Both the position numbers and the translations under genes were made by a program. DNA of 63,895 nt, counting the filler, from Octopus bimaculoides (lineage: Eukaryota), in NCBI RefSeq assembly GCF_001194135.2. It is 6 parts of 6 records of this genome, joined end to end, with 100 filler letters (N's around TTAATTAATTAA, not from the genome) between each part and the next. Parts side by side here need not be neighbours in the genome. Positions count along the whole stretch, not along the records: positions 1 to 23,528 come from NC_068988.1; 5 more parts are not named here. One strand, 5' to 3'. A model generated the notes under the pieces. It ran no database searches and was not told the origin of the DNA. It saw only the letters and a list, made by a program, of their open reading frames with translations. Of this stretch, positions 1 to 13,304 are shown piece by piece; position 1 is the stretch's first letter, and the number at the start of each line of letters is the position of its first letter.

Positions 1-124
1 ATATACATAGATACGCACATACATACATACATACATACATACATACATACGTACATACATACATACATACATACATACATACATACATACATACATACAT
101 ACGTACATACATACATACATACAT
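1..124. repeat. (TACA)n microsatellite
   Basis: Direct tandem ATAC/TACA repeats; one of dozens of (TA)n, (CA)n, (TACA)n, (TAGA)n and (CT)n tracts across the window. Confidence 0.95.
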
Positions 125-274
125 TCAACGAACACTTTTCTGCGCAAGCAGCGTGTAATAGATGATCTAAGATAAATTTAATGTATTTAAAACTGTAGTT
201 TCTGACGCCTACATTGCAAAGAGTAGACAGGTATGAAAAGATCTTGTTATTCTCTTCTCACACAGAAATATATG

Positions 275-320
<46 letters not shown>

Positions 321-642
321 AAATAGAGAGAAGTAGAGAGACAGAGACAACGACGGAGAAAAAAGAGAGGGAGTTTGTACGCAGGTAAGCGTGTATATGT
401 GCTATCGCCTCGGGTTCTGTTTGAATCATTTAGTCAACAAAACGTATTAAATTATATAGCTCCAAACTCTTGTTTATAGAGCGCTTTCGAAGATTCTGCT
501 TAAAGATGGCGACCAAATGCATTAATATACACACAATAAGCGTGCACAGGCACATACACATATATATATATATACATATGCACAAGTATGTGTTGGTGTG
601 GGGGGGGGTGTATGTATGCATAAGTATATCTCTATACGTTTG

Positions 643-693
<51 letters not shown>

Positions 694-1625
694 ATGCATG
701 TATATATGTGTGTTCGTGTGTATACTTTTATGTATTTATTATGTATATATATATGTATATATATATATGTGTGTGTGTTTGTCTGAATATTTATTTTGCT
801 GTATATTCATGCATATGCGTATACATGCCGATACATACGTGTGTATGCATACCTGAGTGAGTGTAGGTATACATTTATGCATGATATGCAGATGTAGCTG
901 TGCAAAAACAATTAAATATTCCAATGTGAAATGACAATTACGCGTCAAAATGCCATGCAATAGAAAATGTAATTGTGAAACAAATAAAGAAAGAAAACTA
1001 TTTTTAAAAATATCAAGTTGAAGAAAAGGAAAATAATAAGAAAAACATTTTACAAACGCCGCGTAATGAGGTGCCATGAAAATGTATTGCTATGTAATTG
1101 CATTTCGTCTTAATCACCTCCAATGAATGTTTGCTCTTAACAAATTCATTAACAGAAAAAGATCAACTTTTGATGGTGGATCTTACATCTGTTTCGATAA
1201 TGAATTTTCAGTTTGATTAAGCGCCTACTCAGTGCATTATCGTGTAAATGGCTCCCCAGAAAGAATAAATTTGGTCCAGTATATGTTGGAACTTACAATC
1301 AACTAGTACGGTGCATTTTATATAATAGATGTAAACAACCACAAGTAGTTATATATATATATATACATATATATGTATGTATATATGTATGTTTTAGTAT
1401 AATGGCTGAAACAAGCAAACGATAAAAGATAATTACTTTTAATACACACATATATACTCACACATATATGTATAAAAATATAGAAACATACGACTAAACA
1501 AGTACACATATATATGCGTACACACACACACACANNNNNNNNNNNNNNNNNNNNNNNNNNNNNNNNNNNNNNNNNNNNNNNNNNNNNNNNNNNNNNNNNN
1601 NNNNNNNNNNNNNNNNNNNNNNNNN

Positions 1626-1658
<33 letters not shown>

Positions 1659-1991
1659 TTGTACATATATTTACGTACAAATGCATATACATACAAAGAT
1701 ATATTTTTATATACGTTTACATGCAAATATAAATGCATGCACATATTTATATACACACACAAAAATTCTTACATACTCATATATAGACATGTACACACAC
1801 ACACGTATACACACAGAAACGCACGCAGACACACAAACACACTAATGTATATACATATAATATATATATATACGTATGTATGTATACACATGTATGTATA
1901 AATATATACATATATACACACATATATATACATATATATATATACATATATATACATATATATATGCATAAGCATTCACATATCCATGCGT

Positions 1992-2072
<81 letters not shown>

Positions 2073-2157
2073 CACACACACATATATATATATATACAGT
2101 ATATACACCTGCACATGGGTAAACATATATATGCACACACTGATAATACAATATATA

Positions 2158-2195
<38 letters not shown>

Positions 2196-2372
2196 GCCCT
2201 ATTATATACATCTGTGTATTATACTAAATGTATACACACAGTAGAAATGCAAGGTTCTGTTAAATTTTGTTTGAAGTGGAGTGTTACTGAAACAATTGTA
2301 ACCAATATTAAACTTGTGGTATGTTGATATCTTCATCTTCATTTTAGTCTTGTATAATATTATACGAATATG

Positions 2373-2582
2373 CAGGGTGTCCACAAAGTCTGGGTACATG
2401 GAGTAAATAAAATCATAACATAAGCAATTAAATATAAAACTTCTTTTTCTGGGGTATGTTGAAAGGGAAAGTTTACTCAATAAAGATTACAGGTTTATTT
2501 ATTAACATTATAATTAAATAAAATTGTTTTGTTTTAAAAGTATGTGCTAATCCCCGTGTATCCAGACTTTTTGGACACCCTG
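2373..2582. mobile_element. Tc1/mariner-type MITE (~210 bp)
   Basis: Left end CAGGGTGTCCACAAAGTCTGGGTACATGG vs reverse complement of right end CAGGGTGTCCAAAAAGTCTGGATACACGG (~29-bp TIR); right flank TA, left flank TG (mutated TA TSD). Confidence 0.85.
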
Positions 2583-3550
2583 TACATATCAATTAATTCT
2601 CTCAGTTACAAGTACCTGGTTTTCTTGCAGCCATGGACTACATTAAATACCGTTTCACTGTTGGGTATACATAATATTATAAACGAATGCAGAGGCGCAA
2701 CATAGTTGAATGGTTAAGACATTTGCGCGCAACCACGAGGTTCCGGATTTTCTCTCTCGTCCTTTCTCTAATTCTTCTCTTCTCCCTTCACCGCTCTCTA
2801 TCTGTCCTTCTCCCTCCCTCAATCTTCCTCCTTGACTCTCTCGTTGCTCACACGTGACCAGCGGCCATCTTTCTTCTCCTAATTCGAATTTCTTTTTTTC
2901 TTCTCGTTCAACTAATGGGATAGCAAACATTTTTGTCTGTCTCCTGTCAAAGCTTGTTTCTCCAGCGTTCACCACTTCACCTTGTTATGGCTTAACAGCC
3001 CTTACCGTTTGTTTTCACTGTGCTGTTTTCACTGTCCTGTTTTTGCTACCAACTTTGACCCTCCGCAAAATCCCAAATTTTATTTAATTTGCTTGGCGGG
3101 AACGACTGTTTTGACGAAGACGCATCTAGTCCTAACGCTCAAAATTCGGAATAGATAAAACAGTGGACAACTGATGATGGGATTGTTCTTTATATTGCCT
3201 GTTTTAATTTTCTATTTGTTTCTTTCGTTGTTTGCAAAAAAAGTTCGTTTTTCATGTTCTCGTTTCTCATGTTGCTTACGTTTTTTTGACGGACGTCCTG
3301 TGCCAATATATGCATGTGTATATACATATACATATATATGTAAGTATGTACATGTATGTATGCATATATGCATGCATATATATATATATATTATTTATAT
3401 CATATTATATTATATTTTATACATATATATATCTTATAATAAATCTACTTGTCATTACGTTACTTAGCCCGTCGGTAACGCTTTCACGTGATTAGAGAAA
3501 ACGAGTGGTGGTGGTGATGGTGGTGGTGGCNNNNNNNNNNAGCTAAGTCT

Positions 3551-3872
3551 TTTTATATCACCTATCACTTAACGCATGCGCATCCCAAACTTGCCATTCA
3601 CTTTAGAAAGAAACCAGTTTCCCGTTCGCCTATCATAAGCAATGACTTTCAATAAATCACAAGGGCAGACATTTGATAAAGTGGGGCTGTTCTTGCCTGA
3701 ACCTGTATTCGGCCATGGCCAGCTATATGTTGCATTCTCAAGGGTTCGCAAATTCTGTGATGTGAGGGTTAAAGCTATCAACTCTGACAAACACGAGAAA
3801 AGAAAAGGGAGAACTTACACGAAGAACATAGTCTGCAAAGAAGCATTGGATTCAAAGGTGTGCGTAAATTGA
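3551..3872 (+). pseudogene. Helitron Rep/Hel PIF1-family helicase C-terminal fragment (disrupted)
   Basis: Translation [52 protein letters not shown]...YTKNIV matches PIF1/Helitron helicase motifs V-VI; in-frame TAA at 3636-3638 and an upstream frameshift. Confidence 0.9.
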
Positions 3873-4680
3873 AAAGTGTATTGGAACTGACCCATCGTCA
3901 TGGCTTATAAGTTACCAACAATGTGATTTTCAGAGTGTGCTATGTTGCATTAAATTTTTACCCCCATGAGACTGTGACCCCTATATTTTACATATAAATT
4001 TATTTTATANNNNNNNNNNNNNNNNNNNNNNNNNNNNNNNNNNNNNNNNNNNNNNNNNNNNNNNNNNNNNNNNNNNNNNNNNNNNNNNNNNNNNNNNNNN
4101 NNNNNNNNNNNNNNNNNNNNNNNNNNNNNNNNNNNNNNNNNNNNNNNNNNNNNNNNNNNNNNNNNNNNNNNNNNNNNNNNNNNNNNNNNNNNNNNNNNNN
4201 NNNNNNNNNNNNNNNNNNNNNNNNNNNNNNNNNNNNNNNNNNNNNNNNNNNNNNNNNNNNNNNNNNNNNNNNNNNNNNNNNNNNNNNNNNNNNNNNNNNN
4301 NNNNNNNNNNNNNNNNNNNNNNNNNNNNNNNNNNNNNNNNNNNNNNNNNNNNNNNNNNNNNNNNNNNNNNNNNNNNNNNNNNNNNNNNNNNNNNNNNNNN
4401 NNNNNNNNNNNNNNNNNNNNNNNNNNNNNNNNNNNTATGTATGTATGTATGTATGTATGTATGTATGTATGTATGTATGTATATAAAATGTATTAAGTAA
4501 TCATTGTATTCCAATTTCCTCCACTTTTCAATGAATAACAAATGAATGACTATTTTTTAATACGGACACGACACAGGCAACTCTTTCGTGTTTTTTGGGA
4601 TGAAGTTTCCAGGAATAACCCAATAGGTTTACTATTAATTCCGTGAAATATTCACGAGTCCCGCTCGTATATAAATATTG

Positions 4681-5043
4681 TACTTGATACAGTCATTAGA
4701 CTGCGGCCATGCTGGGACACCGCCTTGAAGAATTTTAGTCGAATGTATTAACCCCAGTACAGTTTTAAACCAGGTAATTATTCTATCAGTTTCTTTTGTC
4801 GAACCACTAATTTACGGAGACACAAACAGAGCAACATTGGCTGTCAAGCGGTGGCGGGGGACGAGCACACATGCATAAGTGACAGGCTTCTTTCAGTTTC
4901 CGTCTACCAAATCCAGTCACAATGCTTTAGTCGGCCCGAGGATATAACAGAAGATGCTTTCCCAAAGACAATGTACAACGCAGTGAGACTGAACCCGAAG
5001 CCATGTGGTTTGGAAGCAAACTTCTTACCACACTGCTACGCGA
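4681..5043 (-). mobile_element. tRNA-derived SINE, family A (Octopus OR-like/CORE-type)
   Basis: Reverse complement carries head GTGTGGTAAGAAGTTTGCTTCCAAACCACATGG, body GGATTTGGTAGACGGAAACTGAAAGAAGCC and tail GCATGGCCGCAGTCTAATGACTG shared with other copies in the window. Confidence 0.85.
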
Positions 5044-5189
5044 GCGATGGATCGCAAAGTAGCACAAAAGTGACCGTTACATTTTTATTAACTGACTCAG
5101 GTCATTAGAATTGCGCATATTCACAGAATAACTCTTCTTCTATGTTATCACTTCGTACAGGTCTTCGCTGCAGGCAAATAATAGGCTCC

Positions 5190-5815
5190 AAGCCGAAGCA
5201 ACGAGCTACCATTGATTTCTCGACGAAGGAGGGAATGTTAACTGTCCGACACCAGCAAAAGGCCACAGTTCTTTTGTTTTTTTTTTAAACGATGGTTTCA
5301 TTGATATGAACAATGTATGCCAGTGGATGAAGAAGTTTCAAGATAGGGAAGCCAGTTTGGAAGTCAGACCACGCGGTTGGAGACTATCAACTTTGAGCAC
5401 AGACACGAGTCGCTGATGAGTGGATGAATTGAGTCACGTGGAAGGACGAGTCACAATTCGCAAATTTTCTGCACCATTGGACTGTGGTCACAATGTGTTA
5501 CAGATGATGATGGAAGACATTGGGTCTCGGAAAATGGGTACAAAGTGGGTACCCCTGTATTAGATACCCAGTTTGAAGGAGAAATGAGTGAAAGTCTGTT
5601 TTGATCAAGTGGATGCCAATGAAGACACATTTCTGTTTCCCCGCCTCGATCTGGTGACAGGAAATGAAAGATGACCGTAATTTTATGGTTTTGAAATGAA
5701 GGATCAGTATATGGAATGATGTCACTTCTTCTCCAAGACCTAAGAATTTCAAGAACAAGCGACAGTCGGAAAATATCGTGGTGAATGTTTTTGAGATGAA
5801 AAGGTCGATTTTTTT
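5190..5815 (+). pseudogene. Degenerate mariner transposase (N-terminal and first catalytic region)
   Basis: Manual + strand translation QRATIDFSTKEG...NVCQWMKKFQD...RVTIRKF...KMGTKWVP...LVTGNER*...VVNVF*D matches mariner HTH, WVP, VTGDE(S)W and FWD motifs, with several stops and frameshifts. Confidence 0.75.
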
Positions 5816-6346
5816 TTTCTCTAAGATTTTCTGGAAGCTGGTTGTACCGCGAACAACTGGTGGTATATTGAGACACTCAAAAAGCTTAGAGAAGCCATTG
5901 AGAGGAACAGGTCGAACAAGAATCTAAAAACTACCCATGTGAACCAAAATAATGCGCAACCATTCACATGCTTGGCCATAAACCAAACAACCGGCGATTT
6001 AGACAAGCCAGTGGTCCTGTATCTAGGGCCCTCCGCCTATTGACTTCTAGGTCCAATGGAGGGGAGTCATAAGATAGGAGTAAGGATTTGATGAAACAGA
6101 CGAGGGGGAAAATAGTTGTGAAGTGGGTATAATTGTACACACCTGAAAAATGTCCCACTCTCGTTTTGATGCACATTGGTAAGTGATGCCAGACAAGGGG
6201 TGACGGGGTTTTCATGTTTTACCGCTTTTTCTTTTTCAGTCACCATCAGTGTTTGAACCGGTGCACACTAAGTTTGCTGGTGAAACGTCTGTCAACTTGC
6301 AAACTGTGGGAGATTTTTTTCTGCCGCACCCTGCTCATATTTATGT

Positions 6347-6401
<55 letters not shown>

Positions 6402-6813
6402 NNNNNNNNNNNNNNNNNNNNNNNNNNNNNNNNNNNNNNNNNNNNNNNNNNNNNNATGTATACATATACATATATATGCGTGTGTGTATGTATGCATGCA
6501 TGTATATATATATATATATATGCACACATGTATATATGCATGCATGTATGTCTATGTGTGTGCATAAATGTCTGTGTGTATGTGAGTGTATGTAGTAGAC
6601 GTGTTAAGATCACCTCCAATGAAATCCTCGCCAACGCCAGATGTAACAGCGCCATCTACATATTTACTAATGCATGCATGAATGGCTGCACGCATGAATC
6701 GATCTATTTTCCCCTGATTCATATACCTGTCGTCCTATCCGTATAACTACACACACACACATACATACATACATACATACATACACACACATACACACAC
6801 ACACACACACACA

Positions 6814-6847
<34 letters not shown>

Positions 6848-7178
6848 NNNNNNNNNNTATATATATATGTATGTATATATATGCATGTATATATATATAT
6901 ATGTATGTATGTACATATATGTATATATATATATGTATGTGTGTGTGTGTGTGTGTGCGTGCGTGCGTGTGTGTGTATGCATGTGTATGTGTATGTGTGT
7001 TGTGGGGGGGGGCGGTTTACCCAGCACCATGTCCTATAGATCGACTGCAACATCAACAACAAGGACGATAACGACAGCAGATGCATTGCAAGAAACAAAG
7101 GCAAAAGCAACAAAAAAAAAAGGAAAATGAAACATCGTACGACAAAAGCCGCTGTAAAAGCAACACCATCAACACTTC

Positions 7179-7217
<39 letters not shown>

Positions 7218-7867
7218 TGGTGGTGGTGGTGGTGGTAGTGGTGGTGGTGGTGGCGGCGGCATTAGTAGTAATAGTAGTAGTAGTAGCAGAAGTAGTACAA
7301 GTAGTAATAATAGAAGTAGTAATAATAGAAGTAGCAGTAGTAGTATTAGTAGTAGTAGTAGTAGTAGTAGCAGTAGTAGTAATAGTAGTAGTAATAATAG
7401 TAGTAGTAGTAATAGTAGTAGTAGTAATAGTAGTAGTAGTAATAGTAGTAGTAGTAATAGTAGTAGTAGTAATAGTAGTGGTGGCGCAAGAACAACAAAA
7501 ACAGCTCTAACAACAACAAGTGCGAAAACAGCAATCTTAGTGCAACATGCAACGGCCTCAGCTGCAGCAACAATAGCATTAAGAACAGCAGCACACAACG
7601 TGTTGTAACAGCAACAACAGCAGCCGTTGCAGCAACAAAACAACAACAATAACAACAGGAAGGGAAGGTGCAACTGCAGCAGCAGAAGCAGCAACAACAA
7701 CTGCAGCAGCAGCAGCAGTTGCAGAAGATGCGACTGGTTGATGCAGTAGTTAAAACAATAACACGTTATGAATGTGCATGTGTTCGCATCTGCTGTTGTA
7801 TGATGTGACATTAAAAATGTACATGTATTGGTGTATCGGTGCACACAAGCAAGGACAAATGGTAGCT

Positions 7868-8240
7868 AGACGAAGCCAATGTGCAGACTTACGGTTTGCC
7901 AGAAAGAGCAGCTAAATTATCAAAATAAAAACGTTCTAAAAACGGGAAGGACTATTGTGAGATAATGTTACTGATAAAAACACTGTGCGTAAAATCTGAC
8001 GGGATGGTCACAGACGGAAAGATTTGATTCAAAATTGCTCGTTCAGTCCCAAACTAAGCCAATATATGGACTTTCAGTTTGCCAGAAAGAGCAGCTAAAT
8101 TGATAAAATGAATCTCTGTCCAACGTTCTAAAAACAGGAAGGACATGTGAGATAATGTTGCTACAAAACCACTGTGCGTAAAAATCTGACGGGATGGTCA
8201 TAGATGGAAGGATTTGATGCAAGTTTGCTCATTCAGGGCT
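7868..8240 (+). repeat. Two-copy tandem duplication, period ~184 bp
   Basis: AAGCCAAT...GTTTGCCAGAAAGAGCAGCTAAATT...AACGTTCTAAAAAC...CACTGTGCGTAAAA...TCTGACGGGATGGTCA occurs twice. Confidence 0.9.
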
Positions 8241-8645
8241 CATGTAATGCTAATTAACCAATAACGACAATGATAGTTACATCATAACGCCGGCAACAGT
8301 TGCAATAGAGAAGAGTTTTTTTTTTTTTTTTGTTTGCACAAATATTTAGAACGTTACAACGAAATCAACTTGCAACACAACGACAGCAACAAGAAGTGCA
8401 ACGGCAAAAAAGTTGCAACTCTTCAACAAAAGCAGAAACGACAGTCACAAGTACAGTAATAACAAGAAAGAACTTAGAAGGGAAACGGCAACACGATTGC
8501 AACTGCAGCAGCAACAGCAGCATACTGCAGTTTATTAGGTTGTGCAGCAGTTATTCTTCTAAAATAGCAGCGGTACTTTAGTAGTGGTACTCTACTTACA
8601 TAGGTACTCCATTAGTAGAAATACTATGGTATAAACGATACCGCA

Positions 8646-9032
8646 GCAGCAATTGTTGTTGGCACTCCGTCGCTTACGACGACGATAGTTGCAGTTGATC
8701 CGATCAACGGAACAGCCTGCTCGTGAAATTAACGTGCAAGTGGCTGAGCACTCCACAGACACGTGTACCCTTAACGTAGTTCTCGGGGATATTCAGCGTG
8801 ACACAGAGTGTGACAAGGCTGACCCTTTGAATTACAGGTACAACAGAAACAGGAAGTAAGAGTGAGAGAAAGTTGTGATGAAAGAGTACAGCAGGGTTCA
8901 CCACCAACCCCTGCCGGAGCCTCGTGGAGCTTTAGGTGTTTTCGCTCAATAAACACTCACAATGCCCGGTCTGGGAATCGAAACCGCAATCCTATGACCG
9001 CGAGTCCGCTGCCCTAACCACTAGGCCATTGC
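8646..9032 (-). mobile_element. tRNA-derived SINE, family B, full length
   Basis: Reverse complement has A box TGGCCTAGTGG, B box GTTTCGATTCC and body CCCCGAGAACTACGTTAAGGGTACACGTGTCTGTGGAGTGCTCAGCCACTTGCACG; very similar to the copy at 62562-62938. Confidence 0.9.
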
Positions 9033-11199
9033 ACCTCCACTACCGCAGCAGCAATAACGACTTCAAGAGTTTTAATAGCAACAGCAACATAAGCAGCAGT
9101 AGCAGCAGCAGTAAGAGCGACAAAGACGGCAGCAGTGGTAACAAAAACATTGGCCGTTACAATAGAAGAAGCGGTAGCGGCGGCGGCAGCAACGGTGAAA
9201 AGACGAACGCGTCTACCAAAAAATATCTGCAACACCATCGGCGACGAGTATTAATAATAATAATAATAATAATTACAATAACAACACTAACAACAATAGC
9301 AACAACTGCAATGATTTTGGTGATGACAGCAGCAACTGAAGCGGTGATGACAGTAAGAAAGCTGATATAAAATATTGCAGCAGCCGCACAGAAGCGTTTA
9401 CCGTGCGTACTCAGGAACCGTAACAATAGAAAGAACAACAAAACAATCTACAGCTGTAACAACATCATCATCACCAGGAACAACAACAGAATCAACAGCA
9501 TCGATCACAGCAGCAATAGAAACAAGACCAAGCAGCGGCAACAGATATCGCAACAGCATTACCAACATCATCTACAGCAGCAGCAGCAGTAGCATTTTTT
9601 AAAATAACAGCAGCAACATCTGCAGTAGCAATTAGAGCAGCAGCAATATCGACAGGTAAAAATCAACTACAGCACGGGTTGCAATAATAGGTGTTGCAGC
9701 AGCATTGTTGAAAGCATCCTCAGCAGCAGATTTAACGGCGACGACCGCAGCTACGCAGCAGCAGCAGCAGCCACAACATCAGCAGCGACAGCAGCGACAG
9801 CAGCGACAGCAGCGACAGCAGCGACAGCAGCGACAGCAGCACCAGTGTCATCGTCATCAACAGGAATATTAAAAGCAGCAACATCAAATTGCTGCAGCAG
9901 CAGCAACAACAACAACAGCAGCAACAGCAGCCATATCAACACCATCAACAGCAGCAGTATAATCAGATTGTAAGAACAGCTGCAAAAAGAAACAAAAAAA
10001 AACTGCGGCTATAGCAACAACAGCAGACGTGAACAAACAACCGCAGCAACAGAAAGAAAAAATTATCGCAATCTTAAGAAGCTTTGCAACGCCAAAAACA
10101 ACAGCAGCAAGTGTAACAACACCAAGAACAGCAGCAACAAAGACTGTACCACCAGCAGTGGTATAAGCAGCAAAAAAAAAGCAGCTGAGCATCAGTAGCA
10201 ATAACAATTTTCCGTGGTAAAAGCAGCAGCTTTTGTAACCACGACCACGACGGCAGCAACACTTACAATAGTAAACCAACGATGGAGCCCGTAGATGGTG
10301 TTATAAATTGCTAGAAATAGTAGCTTCGAATGATATTTAACTGTTTTAAGAGTAGAGGTAATTTAGCTTGTTCTGTTGGGGGGTTTTTTTTATATATATG
10401 CATAGCAAATAAACAAAACGGGGTGGTCATGTTTGGAAAGCGTTTGATCATAGGTTGGTATGTTAAAGGTCGCTCAGAAGATACACGAAATCTACAATTA
10501 TAAATATTAAGTAATAACAACAACAACAACAATAATTGCAGCACTGTCACCAACAGCAGTAGCTGCAGCACCAACAACAGCAGCATTTACAACGACAGCA
10601 GCAACAATAACAGTAATAAAGACAACAGCAGCAGCAGCAGCTTCAGCGATAGGAAGGACAACAACAGAAGCAATAACAACATCATCGGCAGGTCAGCAGC
10701 AACAACGCCGACAGCATTATCATCTTCAGCAGCAGCACCAACAACGTGTGAACTACCGAATAAAAGAGAGACTTTTGTGTGTGTGTGTGTGCGTGTGTGT
10801 GGCCGTGCGACATGCGAGACATAGCAGTCGAATCCCCCCCGCTGCCGTCTCAAAATAAGAGAAGGACGAAAACACGCCTGAGATAGTGGTGTAGTAGATA
10901 TAATCTTGAAAAATGCGGGATGGTCACGGCGGGAGCGGATAGTTTTGATTGTAGGGCTCCTTGTTGAAAGACTCGATTGGAATCGACCGGAAGGCAAACA
11001 TCAACAACAACAACAACAACATAGACACAGACAACGTTGCATTAGAAGGACTGTAATAAACAGCAGCAGCAGCAGCAGAAATAGCTACAACAGCAGCAAT
11101 ACGTGCAGCAACAAGAACCGCAGCAGTCACAACAACCGCAGCAGCAATAGTAGAAATATCATCTTCAGCAGCAGCAATAATAACTGCTGTAACACCTAT

Positions 11200-11790
11200 A
11201 ACAGCAGCGGCAGAGGCAGCAGCAGTTCTGGGAATTTTAGCAGCAGCAGCAGCAATAGATACGCCAACGCTAGCAGCTTCACCAACAGCAGCATGCAGCT
11301 GCAGCAGCAGCAGCAGTTCCAGGAATTTTAACAGCAGCAGCAATAAACACGGCAACGCTAGCAGCTTCACCAACAGCAGCAACAGCATCTGCAGCAAGAC
11401 TAGCTGCGGCAGCGGCAGCAGCAATAGACACGGCAAGGTTAGCAGCTTCACCAACAGCAGCAACAAAAATCACAGCAGTAACAGCATCTGCAGCAGCAGC
11501 AGTCCTAGGAATTTTAGCAACAGCAGCAGCAGTAGCAACAGACACGGCAGCGCTATCAGCTTCACCAACAGCAGCAAGCAGCAGCAGCTAGTAAGAACAA
11601 CAACGAATGTAACAGCAGTAACAGCATCTGCAGCAGCACCAGCTCCGGCAACGACAGCAGCATGCAGCAGCAGCAGCAGCAGTCCTAGGAATTTTAGCAG
11701 CAGCAGCAGCAGCAGTAGCAACAGACACAGCAGCAAGCAGCAGCAGTAGCAACAGACACAGCAGCAAGCAGCAGCAGTAGCAGCTAGTAA
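11200..11790 (+). repeat. CAG-derived compound minisatellite
   Basis: Recurring modules AGGAATTTTAGCAGCAG (~11230, 11320, 11505, 11687), ACACGGCA and AGCTTCACCAACAGCAGC (~11275, 11363, 11443, 11557). Confidence 0.8.
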
Positions 11791-11889
11791 CACCATCAGT
11801 CAGTTTGTTACAAGGCATTGTAAGAATCTCAGCTGGATATTTCAGATACGTGGAACCGATGGACACTTTTAAACCGTGGTTAGTACCTT

Positions 11890-12139
11890 TGTCTCTCTCT
11901 TTCTCTCTTTCACTTTTTTCCTTTCTTTCTCTTTACCTTTCTTTCTTTCTCTCTCTCTCTCTCTCTCTCTTTACCTTTCTTTCTTTCTCTTTTTCCTTTT
12001 TGTTTTCATTCTCCATACCTTTCTCTTAAGGTTTCTATCTATCTATCTTTCTCTCTCTCTTACGCTCGCATGCATCCACAAATTCTCTCTGTTGTTTTTC
12101 TTTACCGTTACCTATAAACCTCTTTTTTTTTTCTTCCCT

Positions 12140-12177
<38 letters not shown>

Positions 12178-12272
12178 TCACGCGTGCACTCACCTATTCT
12201 ATCTGTTTCTTTCTGTCTCTTTCTCTTCGTGCGAAAGCCTCTTTCTGTCTTTCTCTCTCGCGCACTCACGCA

Positions 12273-12322
<50 letters not shown>

Positions 12323-12377
12323 TACTATGCATGTGCATACGTTTCTTTCTCGTTCTTTTTCGTTGTCTTCTTAGTAT

Positions 12378-12415
<38 letters not shown>

Positions 12416-12725
12416 TCTCTCTCCCTGTCACAGACACACACACATACACACATGCACTCTCTCTCTCTCTCTCACTCTCTCTCTCATTCTTTTTCGCCGT
12501 CTTCTCGTATCTATTCTCTCTCTTTCTCTCTTTCTCAAATGCACACACACATACGCACACACACACACACACAAAGACTCTCTCTCTCTCTCTCTCTTGT
12601 CCGTTAATCTTTCTTATTCTCTCTTTCTCACACCCAGACACCCCTCATTGCATGTCTGTCTGTCTGTCTCACTCAGTCATTCTCTCTTTTGTTTCCTATG
12701 CACACACACACACACACACACACAC
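11890..12725. repeat. (CT)n/(CA)n polypyrimidine simple-repeat block
   Basis: Direct inspection. Confidence 0.9.
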
Positions 12726-13161
12726 CCACACCCCGAATACCACTACGATCGCTACCCCCCAACAAAAGTAAGAATAACAAACGCCAACATCAACAACAAC
12801 AACAACAACAACAACATCACAACTGACCTCGTCGTTGCAACTCTCACCCTAACCCTAACCCTAACCCTATCACCACCATCATCATCAACATCACCGCCGA
12901 AGACGCCACCTCCGCCANNNNNNNNNNNNNNNNNNNNNNNNNNNNNNNNNNNNNNNNNNNNNNNNNNNNNNNNNNNNNNNNNNNNNNNNNNNNNNNNNNA
13001 CCTTCACCAATACCAACGCCCCACTGAAAAGATACGAGACCAACCCTTCCCCACCACCAAAAAAAAAACGATACAAGAACTACTACTACTACTACAACTA
13101 CTACTACGGCTACTACTACTACAACTACTACTACTATTACTACTACTAATACTAATATTAA

Positions 13162-13216
<55 letters not shown>

Positions 13217-13304
13217 GATATATCAACAATACGCACTCGAAGTACTACAACTACAATATCAACACCATAGACTATTAATATTATCTATTAGAAGCAATTC
13301 TCAA

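Larger units (their letters stand above)
7050..11800 (+). repeat. Strand-asymmetric cryptic trinucleotide region (AGC/AAC/AGT/GGT)
   Basis: About 4.7 kb dominated by CAG/CAA/TAG triplets on the + strand; the long Ser/Leu/Val ORFs are repeat read-throughs. Confidence 0.85.

Noticed and set aside
1179-1212. Minus-strand CTGAAAA...GAAACAGATGTAAGA hammerhead-like string
   Set aside because: Core is mutated and stems I and II barely pair; at most a relic, so not called as a feature
247-2211. Many overlapping ORFs rich in YI/HT/CV
   Set aside because: Translations of (TA)n, (CA)n and (TG)n microsatellites and N gaps; the same applies to most ORFs in the track
3160-3200. CTGATGA at ~3170 as a hammerhead core
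   Set aside because: No downstream stem II plus GAAA or stem I partner found
7053-7844. 263-aa poly-Leu and 175-aa poly-Ser/Asn ORFs
   Set aside because: Read-through of AGT/AGC/GGT triplet repeats; no domain, splice or codon evidence
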